64,000 bases of DNA from Paraspadella gotoi (Eukaryota; Animalia; Chaetognatha), in NCBI GenBank assembly GCA_051294375.1, contig CM119269.1:5467609-5531608 (forward strand). The letters run 5' to 3'. Shown piece by piece: positions 1-18,500 of this stretch (positions within the stretch are counted from its first letter, which is position 1; every line of letters starts with the position of its first letter). The position numbers were made by a program, and so were the translations under genes. The notes under the pieces were generated by a model, which made no database searches, was not told where the DNA came from, and saw nothing but the letters and a program-made list of their open reading frames with translations.

Positions 1-5092
<5,092 letters not shown>

Positions 5093-5435
5093 GATGGCGA
5101 CTAAGGTTTAAGGACGACTCGGGAGATGGGCGACCCGCGACTATAAGGGAACGACTTTTTTTTTTCCAAAGTGTGCTACCGTTTTTGCCATCGTCTTTCC
5201 CGTCGACGCCTTGCCTCTCCCTTTCGCTCGGGCGCACTCATTTTTCGCAATTGTTTTTTTTTAAATTTTATTGCGAAAAACCCCAAACCTTAATTTGACA
5301 GAGTTTTAGAAATTTCGTAAAAAGACAACGAAAAAATGGAGACTTTTTTTACCGAACAGAGAATACGGTGTATAAGAAATTTGAGGAAAGTAGCTACAAT
5401 AATTGCTAGAACATTTTTTATAGTGGAAAAAAAAG

Positions 5436-5490
<55 letters not shown>

Positions 5491-5894
5491 AAGAGAGAGA
5501 GATTGAAATAAAATGAAAAAAGACGTCAGACGAGAATCGCTCAGCTCAAACCTGACATGAAACTCAAAGACAACCAAAAGTGGGAGTGAAAAAAAATAAT
5601 CAATCGATTATTTCGAGAGGCAAGATAAGTTTCGGGGAGAGTCGCGAGCGAATTAATCAAATCAACTTGCATTTACAAAGATAAACTACTGTAAAACATT
5701 GCAAACTAAACAAAAAAAAAGTAGAAAACCACGCGGGCATGAAACATTTTTCGTACAAGGGATTACGATAAATATATAGTCATGAAAGTGGGAACCACGT
5801 TCTAGGAATAGAAACAACAATCAAACCATCATCGGAAAAAAGGGCGAATCTTTGCCGATTCGATAAAAACGAAAGACGAGGAATTCATTTTCTA

Positions 5895-8800
5895 CTAATT
5901 ATTGTCAGGGTCGACGGCGTCCTTTTTTGGCGCCACCCCCTCGACGTTTGTCGGGGAAGGCGCCGATCCCGAGGAGACGAGAACTTCTACCAGCTTGTCC
6001 AAGTGTTTTACAACGCTGAGCAAAAGTTCCGGAGGAGGGCGCGGACTCTGGCTCAGCTGCTTCAGCGCTGGGCCTAGTGGGACGACGGCGGCGGCAGCAG
6101 CGGTGTCACCGTTGGATGCGCCAGCGCTGTCAGGTGTTTCGCCAAGTATCGTCGCTAATTCAGCGGCGAGTTGGCCAGCGTCGGCACGGGAAAGATCGAG
6201 GGGCGGTGAGTCAGTGTCGCGTGTCGAGGAGTGATGAAGGGGCAGTAGGGGTGGGGGAGAAGAGGCCACCGGATTGGATTCTTGAACCGGGTGAGAGGTT
6301 TCCGTCGAACTCCCGGCGCCAAGGGCATCGTCGGACTTCGACGTTGTGTCCGACGACGACATCGTCGCCGTCGGCTCGGGCGACATTCGCGTGACGTCAA
6401 CCTCTTCCGTTTCGTCCTTGGAGGAGGCAACGCCGCCGACGGCGGTCAACGCCGCCTTTTGAGAAAGGCACAGGGTGTAGCGGCAAATGAGACGCATCTT
6501 ACGCAGAGACTCGTCGAGTATCGGGTTGACGGCGGACGTCCACTGAGTCGAGAAAACGAGCAGGAGGGCGCGAAGGTCCCCGTTGATCTTTTTGGCGACG
6601 ACAAAGAGCTGCTCCATCGACGAGGCCGTAACCATTTCGCTGAGAGCCGCCGTCACCGACACCGCTACAATGTTGAGGACGTCGGCGGTGTCTCCGCGTA
6701 GTGCTCGACCAGGTGCTCGCTCCACGAAGACGCGAGCGAAATCAAATACATGCTTTTGGTTGAGAGCGTGACGTTCTTCATGGAAGAGGATCTCAAAGAA
6801 CTCGACAAAGAGCGGCGTCGACGTCAATTGGGACAGAGCGGCGTCGCGCCGGGGGATCTCCTTGGGGGAGGCGTTGTAAAAGTCGAGCCAGAACTTGGCG
6901 AAGTGTTCGGAGCCGATGCGGAGAGCTTCGATGCCCACGTAAGCGCTCAGTAGAACTACTTCCTCGTTGACAGCGTTGTTCTCGACGGCGGTTCGGCACA
7001 CCCGGTCGACCAGCTTGTGGTAGGGCTCAAAGTAAACGCGGAGGGCCTCTCGGTAAGCCTCGATGACGAGCGGGTCGTCGGTAGAAAGCAGGCGTGACGG
7101 CGGAATAACGAAAGTCTGGAACTGCGGCTTCGGAGGGCGAACGGTGACGCCTCCTCGGGCGCCGAATCCCGCGAAGGACCCGGAGAGAGAGAAGGCGGCC
7201 GATTGCTGTCCAGAACCCGAGGAGAGAAAGGCGGAGCCAGAGCGACGGGGATAGAACGGACCAAGCTGTTGATTAAGCTGGTGAGGGGAATACTGTGAGA
7301 TGGTGTTGTGAAAGTTGGAGTGATGATGGGCCAAATTGGTTGCGAGATAGAGCGAGGTCTCCCTCGGGTGAACTTGGAGTAAGGTGTTGAGTATGTCCAG
7401 TGACGCTTGGCGACATTCGGGACTCGCGTACGAGTTGAGGAGGCCGAGCAATTTGCGCATCACGTCGGGTATCTCTTTCCACTGAACAATGTAAGAGCGG
7501 ACCGTATCGGCACCGCTGGCTCGGGATTTTCCGGCGCGTTCCTTGTCCGTCTTGGCGACGCTGGCCGTTTGCAGCGCCAGGCTGCGCAGAGCCGTTAAGA
7601 GGGAATGCAGGATGCGCATGGCTTGAATAAGTTCCGACATGACGTGGCATGCCGTCGCTTCGTGATGCATGTCGTGTAAAAACGAAACGACTTGGCCGAC
7701 GCGGGAGAGGCCGTTGGCGGCGCATGCAGCCAACCTCTCTTCGTTGGTGTCGACGAGGAGACGGAAAACTGTGATCAGCGTTTGCCACTGACCCTTTTGG
7801 TAAGAGTTAAGAAAAGAGTTGAGGGTACGTTTGCGAAACTCGTTGACCTTCATCAGCTCCTCCTTATATGCATCGCTAGTAAAATTGGAGGAAGGGCGTT
7901 CGGCGAAGAGTTCCATCATGTGGAAGAGCTCCTCCGCGGCGTTGCTGTAAATGGAAGCGAAGGAGGCGATGTTCTTGAAGGCCCACTCGATGTTCTCGTG
8001 GGTGGAAAGGTGACGCAGGAAGCCGCGGTTTTGTTGGCAGGCCAATCGCAAGAGGCCGTAGTATGCCGGAAGCGTGAGTTTGTTGAACGAGATTAATTCT
8101 TGATCTTCGTTATCCACCATGATGTAATTGAATGGGAGTTTTTGCGCGACATCCTTGTTTTTAATGATGAGCTGTACGTTTTCCGGACAATCGATACAGG
8201 CGTGGTACCAGAACGACAACAATGCCTGCTTGTTCAAATGCTGCTGAATTTTCGACTGGCACATCTCCGGGTGGAACAAATTCCAAAACTCCTTAAAGTA
8301 ATCGTTAAATGCCAGCTTTTCCGTCCTCGACAGCATGCAAAACATAAGCATGCTGAAGTACTGCACCAATTTGTTTGCCGAATGAGTAGAGGGTTCGGAA
8401 AATTTTTTTACTTTGCTCATCAATCGGAGTAAACACTTAAAGATTTGATGAGCGACGACGAGCGACTCCGGGGACATGAGCTTGGCCAATTCTCGATTCG
8501 GCGGCTGGCCAACTCGCCAGGTCTTCCACGCCAAATGGAATTGACAAGAAGGGACCAGGTTAACGAGAAGACCGCAGGCGGCCGAACGGACCCGGTGATT
8601 TTCGTGTCCGACAAGAAAGGACTCGGTCCACATTGACATGGTGTTCATGACCCAACCGTGAACAATTTTGTGACGACCAACCAAATCTGTCAGCCACAAA
8701 AGGCACTGAAAAGGACTTAAGTCAGCAATTTCCCAAACGCTGTCTAAGATGTAGGGAAGGAAACCTAAAACGAAACAAAACAAGAAAAAGTTAAATTGTT

Positions 8801-11800
8801 GCAGAAATTTTCTTAAAAAGGTTAAAAAGCATCAGAAGATCACCGGTTGTGGTCCTGCCCTTAGTCCCGCCGGTTTCCACCATCATGGTAAGCGTCTTAA
8901 AAAAGGGCGTTTGTGCGTCGGGCGACCCCAGCTTCATGATTCCCTTGAAAATCATCTGGACGATCTGCTCGGAGAGTTCCTCGTTCCACTCAGCCAGGGC
9001 AGCGACGATGCTGACGGTGGCCTTCAGATTGAGATTGTCTTTGATCTGTTGGAAGAGGAAGGGAAAGCGCGTCTGTTTGCTGAGCTGCACTGCCCCGCTG
9101 GGCTCCGCCTTAGCGGCCGATAGGGCTTTGAGGTCGGCGTCCGAGAGAGCGAGGCCGTTTCCGTCGTCGGATCCGACAATTCGGGCGTGTTCGACAAGCA
9201 ACGCCACAAGTTGTATCATTTTCTCAAGCGCCGGCGGGCGGAGCTTGTCGTCGGTCAGAAGAATGACCTCCTCGGAATCGTTGGTCGAATCACGATCGTC
9301 GTCCGAATTCTGAAAAAAAAACCCGAATAATAATTAATATTAGTTATTACCAACAAAATCCCTTTTTAAAACAATTGACTTATTATTGTTTAAAGTGATT
9401 TCATTAAATTACCTGCACTGAAGACGAAGATCCTCGCATCGTATCCGACAAAGTATTTGATTTTTGTCCCAGGTAAAAGGCGGACATGACCGAGATGGTG
9501 TCCAGGCCGTTGAGGAAGCGTTTCTCATCGACGCCGAGATTGGCAAAATCTTGAAGCAACGAGAAAAATTCGGTCAAGTTTTTCGTGTAGCGACGTCCTG
9601 TCTTTTCCAAGAGTCGCAGCATCGCCGAGACGAAGTTGGCGATGCAGGAAGGGAGTCGCACCGAGGGCGACCCGTCCTTGCTCGTCGACGTTGATGGACG
9701 AGGCTCTTGCTGGTGCTGTTGTTCCTTTTTCTGTTGCTGCTGTTGGGCCTGTCCGCCGATAAGCGCGGGTTCGAGTGAGGAATTGGGAGCGGGGCTTTGT
9801 AGGCGAGAGTTGGCGCCGCACTGAACGAACTGAGAGTGATGAAGGGCGGGTGGAGTCTTCGGGCGAAGCTGATGAATCACGTGGATGACGATGCGCTTGA
9901 ACATGTCGCGAATCACCTGGCAGGAGAGAAACGGGATTGTAGTAGATTTTGCCCAACTTATGACGCCTTTAATATCAAAATTACTGGAAAAAATTATATA
10001 TCTAAAAAATAATGCTTTTTATGATTCGAATGATCTCTTGTTCAGTAAAATGCAATTAAAAATATAAGTGTGAGGTTTATCCGAAAAGGATATAAACGAA
10101 AATCAGGCCTTAAATTTTTATGACAATTTTACAAAAACAATCATTCATCACATTATGATAATATTTCTTTGACATATTATTATACCTATACTTAATATAA
10201 CCCCCGGGGGTTATGATATATGCATCATTTGATTTTAGTATTAAGCTATAAATGGAATAAAATGAGCAAAATAATGAGAAAAACAGCGCCATCTCTCATC
10301 ACTATGAAAGTCGAAAAATTATGTAGCAGATTAATTTGTGAATTATCTGAAATGAGATCGAGTTCCTCAATCTCATCCCTCTGTTAGAATTACTCGTTTC
10401 ACTATTTTTTTTTTTAGATTTAAAATAACTACATTATTATTTATTTGTTAAAATATTTTTGTGTAAAATATTTAAATATAATATCATTTATCTGTTTGGG
10501 ATCGGGACGTTAGTGTTATCTTCTGGAAATAGAGGATGCATCTTAGACACATTTGAATCCGACAATGTTTTAAATAAACAACCAGTCTCGGTCTTTCTGA
10601 TTTTCGTTTTCCAAGCTCTTTTTAACTAAAAAAGTTTTATTTAAAAAAAAAACTTTTTCGCCCGAGCCAGGGGTGTTAAAGAGCCAAAATATGGAATTTC
10701 ACCTTTTATGAGTATTTTTTAGCTTTTTTCAGTAATTTTTTTAATATATTTATCATTAATCAAGTTAATTACTAATGATAATGCTTTTAAATTATCATAT
10801 TTAACTATTTTTAACATTCATTAACAAAAAATATTAGTTTAAGGCTTAAGCCAGGAGTGTTAAAGAGCTAAAATTTCTAAATTGACTTTTGTGAATATTT
10901 TCAAATAATAAATTTATTATTTTTTTAAGGATTACATATTTTAATCATGATAATAAAAAATTTTGAAAATTTTAAATGGTTTTTTTAAGTTAATTAACAT
11001 AGTTAATTAATTTTTTTATAATTAAAAGCATTAAAAACTATTGACCTATTTCTAAAAAGTTTTTTTTAAAAGATTCATCTTAAAAAAAAGCAAATCATAT
11101 AATGAAATTGCTTACAACAAAGATATAATTATTCAAATGATATCCATATCCAGATTTTATGCGATATCGCATAGAAAATAATAATTTTGTTAATGAACTG
11201 AAACTAATGTTCTAGTTATGGCAATTTTAGCAAAATTAGGTTAATGGTTAGTGTTTATTTTTAACGTTTGAGGTAATTGTAATTCAGGTTGAATAAGTAA
11301 AAGTGAGCATTATGATCAACAAGGTGTTTGTAGTTATACCCAACTGGAAAGTTACAGATGGAAAAGTTTTTAGGGCGGATGATAGAGTTCAAGGTTCATG
11401 ATTGGCCTTGGACGCTAAGCAGAGATTAGGGCTAGGGGAGGGACTTACGTGGGATGCTAGGATAGAAATGATTTATATTTTAATTAAAAATTTTAATTTA
11501 GACTTTAGAAAAACTTTTTTTATTGAAAAAATGTTTGTTAACATATTCATTGTTTGATCCTTTCTTTTTTGTTGTTTTTAGAGATTACAAAGAAAATTTA
11601 ATGAATTTGTTAACAACGATAAAAATAAAATTGTTAACATATTCATTAAATTTTTTTGTTAACATAAATTTTTTTTATTAATCTAAAAATGCAATAAACA
11701 AGTTCAACACAATGTTTATAATTTAAACTTGTTAATAATTTGCGAATCAAGTAAATTAATTAACAATTAACAATATTATTATATAGTAAAATAGTATCTA

Positions 11801-12899
11801 AATGAATTTATGAATTAATTTAAATAATGAATCGGGCTATAAGAGGTAGTTATTTTTAATGAATCTTTTATAGATCATAACTTTCTTTTCCTTATGTTTT
11901 TAGATTTAGTGAGAAAAACAAAACTTCTTTGTTAAACAATTATTTAATAAAAAAAGTAAAAAACAATTATTTTTTAAAAATTAATTTATATTAAAGAAAA
12001 ATTATTTTATTTAATAACAAAATATTTGTAAATAGAGTTAAACCAAACTATTACTCTTATCCGTACAAAATTTATATTCAGATATCATTTTTTGAATTAT
12101 TTTTTAAATAAAATTATATTTATATTTATAATATAAACATAATTATATTTATATAGTATAAAGTAAACAATTTTTGTTTATAGTAATATCCGAATATTAT
12201 TTAAATAATTTTATCTTATAAGAATTATATTTTATGATTAAAAATTAAAATTAATTGCTTTGGATCATAGAAGTTTTTGGGGTTTTCAGATTTAAAAAAT
12301 ATTATTAAATTAATTGATTAACTTAAAGCTGTGGTAAGTCGCCTCAAAGCATTTAAAGATATCAAATATTTTCATTACCATAATTAAATTACGTTATCTT
12401 TAAAAAAATAATAAATTATAATTTATAAATATTAAAAAAAATATTTAAACATTTTAGCTCAACACCCGTGGCTTAAGCTAAAAACTAATATTTTTTTAAT
12501 GAATGGTTTTAAAAACAGTTAAATAGGGTAAATTAAAATCATTATCAGAAGTAATTAACTTGATTAAAGATTATTATATTAAAATAATTAACTGGAAAAA
12601 GCTAAAAAATACTAAAAAATGGTGAATTTCCATATTTTGACTCTTTAACACCCCTGGCTCGGGCGAAAAAGGTTTTTTTTTTTTAAATAAAACTTTTTTA
12701 GTTAAATAGAGCTTGGAAAAACGAACAGAATGACACCCAGACTGGTTATCAAATTAAAACTTTGTCGGATTCAAATGTGTCTAATTGCATCTATACAACA
12801 CATGGTTAGATTACTTTGTTCCAGTTTTCTAATAGATATCGGACATCATTCCTGTTGGAAAATCATTAATGAGAAACTCATAAATGATAAGAGAGAGGA

Positions 12900-12935
<36 letters not shown>

Positions 12936-13884
12936 GGCGACTTATTTATTTTCCAAGATAGTAAGAGTAAAGGCAGTGATTTTGATCCGAGAATGTCACG
13001 GAAAAAAACCACTTTTTGCAATATGCTAGAATATTACCTTCAAAATTGATTAATTTTGAATCCTAAGACAAAGTGAGCTCGATTACGGATTAATTGAAAT
13101 CATCTGCTGCATTTTCTAATCAAGAATAAATATCATTTTGCTACTTTTAATAAAAAAAATAATGTCCATTTTTGTCCATTTTCACTTTGTTCTTGAGATT
13201 TGAATGCCAAGATCATTGAAGAAAAATTTTTTACTCCGGCTTTCGGGTCCTTCTTATCTTCTTTACCTCTGAGTTGGTTCATTTTCAGTTGGTCATTTAT
13301 TGTTTACCTATGAATTAATTTTTAAATTGACTGGTCAAAAACTTACATTTTACATTTTATTACAATTTGTTAAAAAAAATACTTCAAAATGTTCACAATT
13401 CTAATAAAATATTCCTATGAACGGTGCTTCTGGTACCTAAAAATTAGAGCAAAATATTTAATACTTCTGCAAAAAAATTTTTAAGTCAACTTTTAATTTG
13501 TGAGGATTTGTGAGGTGCGTTTTATTTGAACTAAAACACGGTTTTTAACTCATTTTATAGTTTTAACAGATGATAACTACTCAAGGTTGACAAATTAAAA
13601 AAAACCGCCTTCTTTATTGAAAGGGGGAAGCGTCAGCAAATTAATTTCTCTCAATCGACAGCTTTTTACGGAAAAAATTTCCGCAAAAATCTGTCGATTT
13701 TTTAAATCTGCTTGGCAACCAAACTTTGAATAATCATACGCTACCGAAGTTTTCGCGAAATAAATTAGGAGAGAAAAAGTTTATTTTTGTTTACAAACAA
13801 CACTTTTATTTTTGAACGGACATGTTTCGATTCTTTTTCGAGTCTTCTAATTTTATAAGAAATTTTGTCAAACATTATGATGAA

Positions 13885-13936
<52 letters not shown>

Positions 13937-15464
13937 AGAGAGCGTCCACCAAAGAATTGAGTAATGGATAGTATTGAGAGGGAGGACAGCTGAAGGACAG
14001 AAGTTACTGACTATGTCGAAATAAAAAAAATTAACGCTTATTATGGGGGGGCAAGCATCAAAAATACTTAACACAGAGAGAAAGAGAAAAAGAGCAAAAG
14101 TTTCGAAAAAGAAAGAAATTAAAAAAATGAAAAACAAAAAAAAGTTTCATAACATAGTGTGCCGATTTTTTGCCTAAGTAGTAATATATCTAAAAAACGC
14201 AACAGTTTCTTACGAGCAATTTTATCTTAAAAGTTGTTCTTACCATGAAAAATCGTTTTTAGTTTCTTCTTAATTAAGGCTAATTGGAATGATTGACGAC
14301 GTGAAAGAAATAATGTCTTACCGTATTTTGAAAGCATAGAAAATTTACCCAGTGAGTTTTATGTTATAAGGAAAAGATAACTAATGCCAACCGTTTTTTT
14401 AATAAAGGGTGTTTCATATTTATCAGTGGGAAAAAAGAATTAATAGTTATTTTCAGTTTCCAATTCATTATTGAAAATACCCAAAGCAAAATCACTGCCT
14501 AAAATAAAAAAAAAAGAGAAAATTACCTGATTGGGACATTTGAAGAGAATTTGAGTGGGCCACCAGGGATCGTCACCCATGTGATGAAGGAACCACTCGC
14601 AGGCAGCGGGCGAGTTGGCGAAAGCCTTGAGAGTGCTTTCCATCCACTGGGCGATTGATGGCTTTTCCTTAGCATGAAGCATAGTCTCCAGGATGAAAGA
14701 AACCCCCAGTTTCGCCTTTAAACATAACAAGAGGTTAAATCAGTTTAAAGCTTTTTATTATTCATTACTTTTATTGTTTGTTAGATAGTCATGATTCTGG
14801 TAGGATTAGTGTCTAGTAATAGTTTTTAATTGATTCAGTCTTGCATACCAGATAGAAAATAATAAAACAAAATAGATTTAATAATTTATTCATTGTGAAA
14901 GAGCACTGTGCAAACATGTTTTTATTATTATTAGATGCTGTCATGTTTCGAGTGATGGAGGCCTTAAACCACCAAAGCCTGTCCAAAGTCAGGAGCAAGA
15001 TAGCTTATTTATTAAATGAATGGATAATTTTTATATTGGTTGTACATAGTATTGGTGATTAACATCGTTTTATGAGGAAAACGCATATTATTTTTATTTG
15101 AGCAATATATTTCAATATATTAACCGAAATAAAAATAAAAAAGAGTGGCGAGGTGGACCGATATAGAATCAATATTCCATAAAGGAATTAAAGATTGGTA
15201 ATATATTATTCCAATGTCAAGTCTAATTTTAGTATAGACCAATGTTTTCTTAAATATTCACAAATATGAGATGTTGACAGCCTCAGTGATTCCTCAAGAA
15301 TTTGAGTCCAACTAATTTATTACCTTTGCATTATTTTTCCTTTAACTTTTCAATTTCTTTTCCATCTTGTATTTCAATCTGACCTAAAACTTCAGCTATC
15401 CTCACCCTCTAATTGTTGACTTTCCCTTAACCCTTTATTGGAAGCTTTATCTCACCTATTCATT

Positions 15465-15515
<51 letters not shown>

Positions 15516-18500
15516 GAACTTTTGACTTGCTAAAGTTTAATACTTCAAAACTGTCAAATGCACTGATGAAGAACCAAATATTATTGTTCGAAACATGTCT
15601 GCATCTAATAATAATAAAATTTCGTTGTTTCTCATTTATAATCTTACAAAAAGTTATAGCGAGCAGCAGCTAATCACCTGCAAGTAGTAAATGTCGACTC
15701 CCTGTGCGTTGGCCTCAGCGTCTTCGATGGTGGACGGCACGTACCCGCAAACTTGCCACATGAAACCGAAGTAACTGTGGTCAAAGACGTTTTTATCCTG
15801 CAAAAACTGGCCATTGTCTTGGGCGATCCAATCCCCCAGTTCTTTGTTGAGTTGACGAAGACCAATTTCTTTGGTGAGTGGCGACGGTGAACCGAAAATC
15901 GGTTCTTCGTCGGGAACTTTGTCTACGAGCAAAAAAAGAAACAGTACGCAGATTATTCATGACCCGTTAAGAAATAAAGTAATCAGAACATGAACCGAAA
16001 TTGGCAGACACAAACCTGAAGCGGAAGCAACCTCTTCCGACTGCGAGTCCGCCCGGATGGAAGTCACGCGCTCATAAAAGAGCATGTAAGCGCTGTTGGT
16101 TTTTTCAAAAGAAAAGTCCATGAACTTGTCGGTGACTTGATCGTAGGTCTTGGAGGTAAGTTCACCACCGAAACACTCTGCCGGGATTTGATGAGGATCG
16201 AAGGGTTTCACCTCGGCGTCGTTAAACAAAAACCAACGGTCTTGATAGACGCCAGTCTCAAAGGATCCGCTGCTGCTTGGAAATATATGGGGAAGATGAT
16301 AAATAAGGGAGAATAAAAAAAATTCATATCTAAATTTCCACCTGCTGGACGTGTCCGACATAGATCTCCGGTCGCGAATAAAGGAATAATAATGTCCCCC
16401 GTCCGCCGTGCCCGTGTGGACCGTAACTCCGATGAGTTCGTACTCCGTCGTCCCCTCGATGCTGTCTTCCTCCGTCTCGTCCGCTTCACCAGGGATATTT
16501 TCATCTTTGGACTGAATCATAAAATAATGAACTTAATTTTAACGAATTATTGATTGTTATTGTCTTTCAACAACCTAACAGTAATTTAGTTAGAATCGAT
16601 AAATAATCTTTAGTTGCGCCGCGAGTACTCGCGGAGCATCTCATTAAAAAGGCTTATAACTGGGGTGATACTTCATTAATTTAATTAATTTTTTGTATGA
16701 AAGTAAGGTAACATAAGATCATATCATATCATATATCATACTAATGAAGTTAAGTGATCACTTTAAAAAATATCGCATGACCCAAAATTTAATGGGGTTT
16801 AAATTTTGTAAAAAATCGAATTGAGGTTAGTACCGAAGAGGAATCTTTTCTCGGACTTGCGGCCGGCGACTTGCTGCCAAGGAGTACTTTCTCCGTGTAG
16901 CCGCTCATGTCTAACGACATGGGAAAGGTAAAGTGGGTGTTGACTTTCTCCTTGGTCATCGTTAACATGTTGAAGGTATAACGCATGGTGTTGAAGCAGA
17001 GAATTCGCGGCAAGGTCTTGAAACAGGCCCGTTTTTCGGCGCGGACCTGAATGTGGAAAAGAAATAAGGAAAATAAGAAAAACACTTCCATTAGTAAAGG
17101 TACTACAATGTATAAATGTGATTGAAGAACTCAATCTCATTCGAAATAAATCGTAAGTTACTCTGCAACAGGTTCTCATTTTAGGCAATAATAAAAGGAA
17201 GAGAGAGAGAGAAATTTCCCTCTCCGTTCGCGAGTGACTCCAAAAAAATAAAAAAATTTTAAAAAATCTTTCTCATCTTAGAACAAAGTTCAAAACAGTA
17301 AATAAATAAAACACGAAATAAAACAAAACGAAATAATACTTATACACAAAAAAAGTCCAGCAGTTTTCAAACTAATGATATACTTATGAATTATTCTTAT
17401 TTTTAAAGCATAGTAAAAATTATTTTGGTGTTGGCAAATGGACACAGAGTATAAAGGTTTCCAACAAAGAATTGAGAAAAGGACTGGGGTAGACTGAGGA
17501 CAGGTGAAGAGTGAAGACAAATAGAATGAGGGAGAGTGAAAGATAAAAGACTAGTCAGATTATTGAGTTATTGACACAGTACATAAATTTAAAAATGAAA
17601 TATTGAAATTATTAAAAGTTTACAATCATTAACTTTGGACCCAAGTACTAACTGTGAGCTCACCTTTTTTTCACACTTGTCACAGGTGTACATGTTATCG
17701 CCTTCCAGCGTGTCCTTGACCGTGACCTCGTCCAGAGACTCGTAGAGGTTCTTCATGTCGGCGACCTGACATCTCACGGTGTAAAACTCCTCGGCGGTTT
17801 GGGAAACGTGGTCGCAGTCAAGGCTGACTACATTGTTTGTGATGACGCCCCCAAAGAGGTCCTTAACGAGGCTCTTAAGATCACCGCTCATCTCCTCCAT
17901 CTTTGAAATGAGGTCTGTGAAGAACTCAGTCATGTCCTTCTGCTCGCCCGTGTTTAAAGGCTGTTTGTCCATTGTGTAGACTTTGCAGAAGGACTTAGGG
18001 TTGAAGGATTTTCGTTCCGAGGCCGCCAGAAAGGCAAACATGCGCTGAAGCTCGGCCAGAATCTTTTTGTGCGGCGACGAATCGTTGGGTGAGGCCACCA
18101 GAATTCCTTTTCGTGCTGGCGGAATCATGAAAAGGTGCTGCATGCAGGACGCCATGTAGCAAGTCGCCCCAAGGTTGGTGAGACCGACGAAGCCGCAGCC
18201 CGATCTCGCCTCCTCCTCCGGCCAATAATCCCAGGGAAAAGAGCGATCGTGGGTCTCCTTGCAGTGCTGTCGCATCAGCTTGTCCACCAGCACGACGAAG
18301 TTGGAGAAACTACCCTTAACCAGCTCGATCATGACGTCGTAGCAAGCAGAGCGAATGGGCGAGGCGGACGAAGATCTTGAGTTGCACTTAGATTGACTCG
18401 CCTGACCAATGAGCGCCGAGTGTCGTCGAGATGACGCGTTGGGCGAAAGATAAGAAGGAACCGAAGAGAAAAGGGAATTGAAAATAAAGGAGAGAAAAGA

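Noticed and set aside
13818-13848. Hammerhead-like remnant on the minus strand (GAAGACTCG...ATCGAAACATGTCCG)
   Set aside because: The CTGA core and 5' stem I are missing. Counted only as a dead relic.
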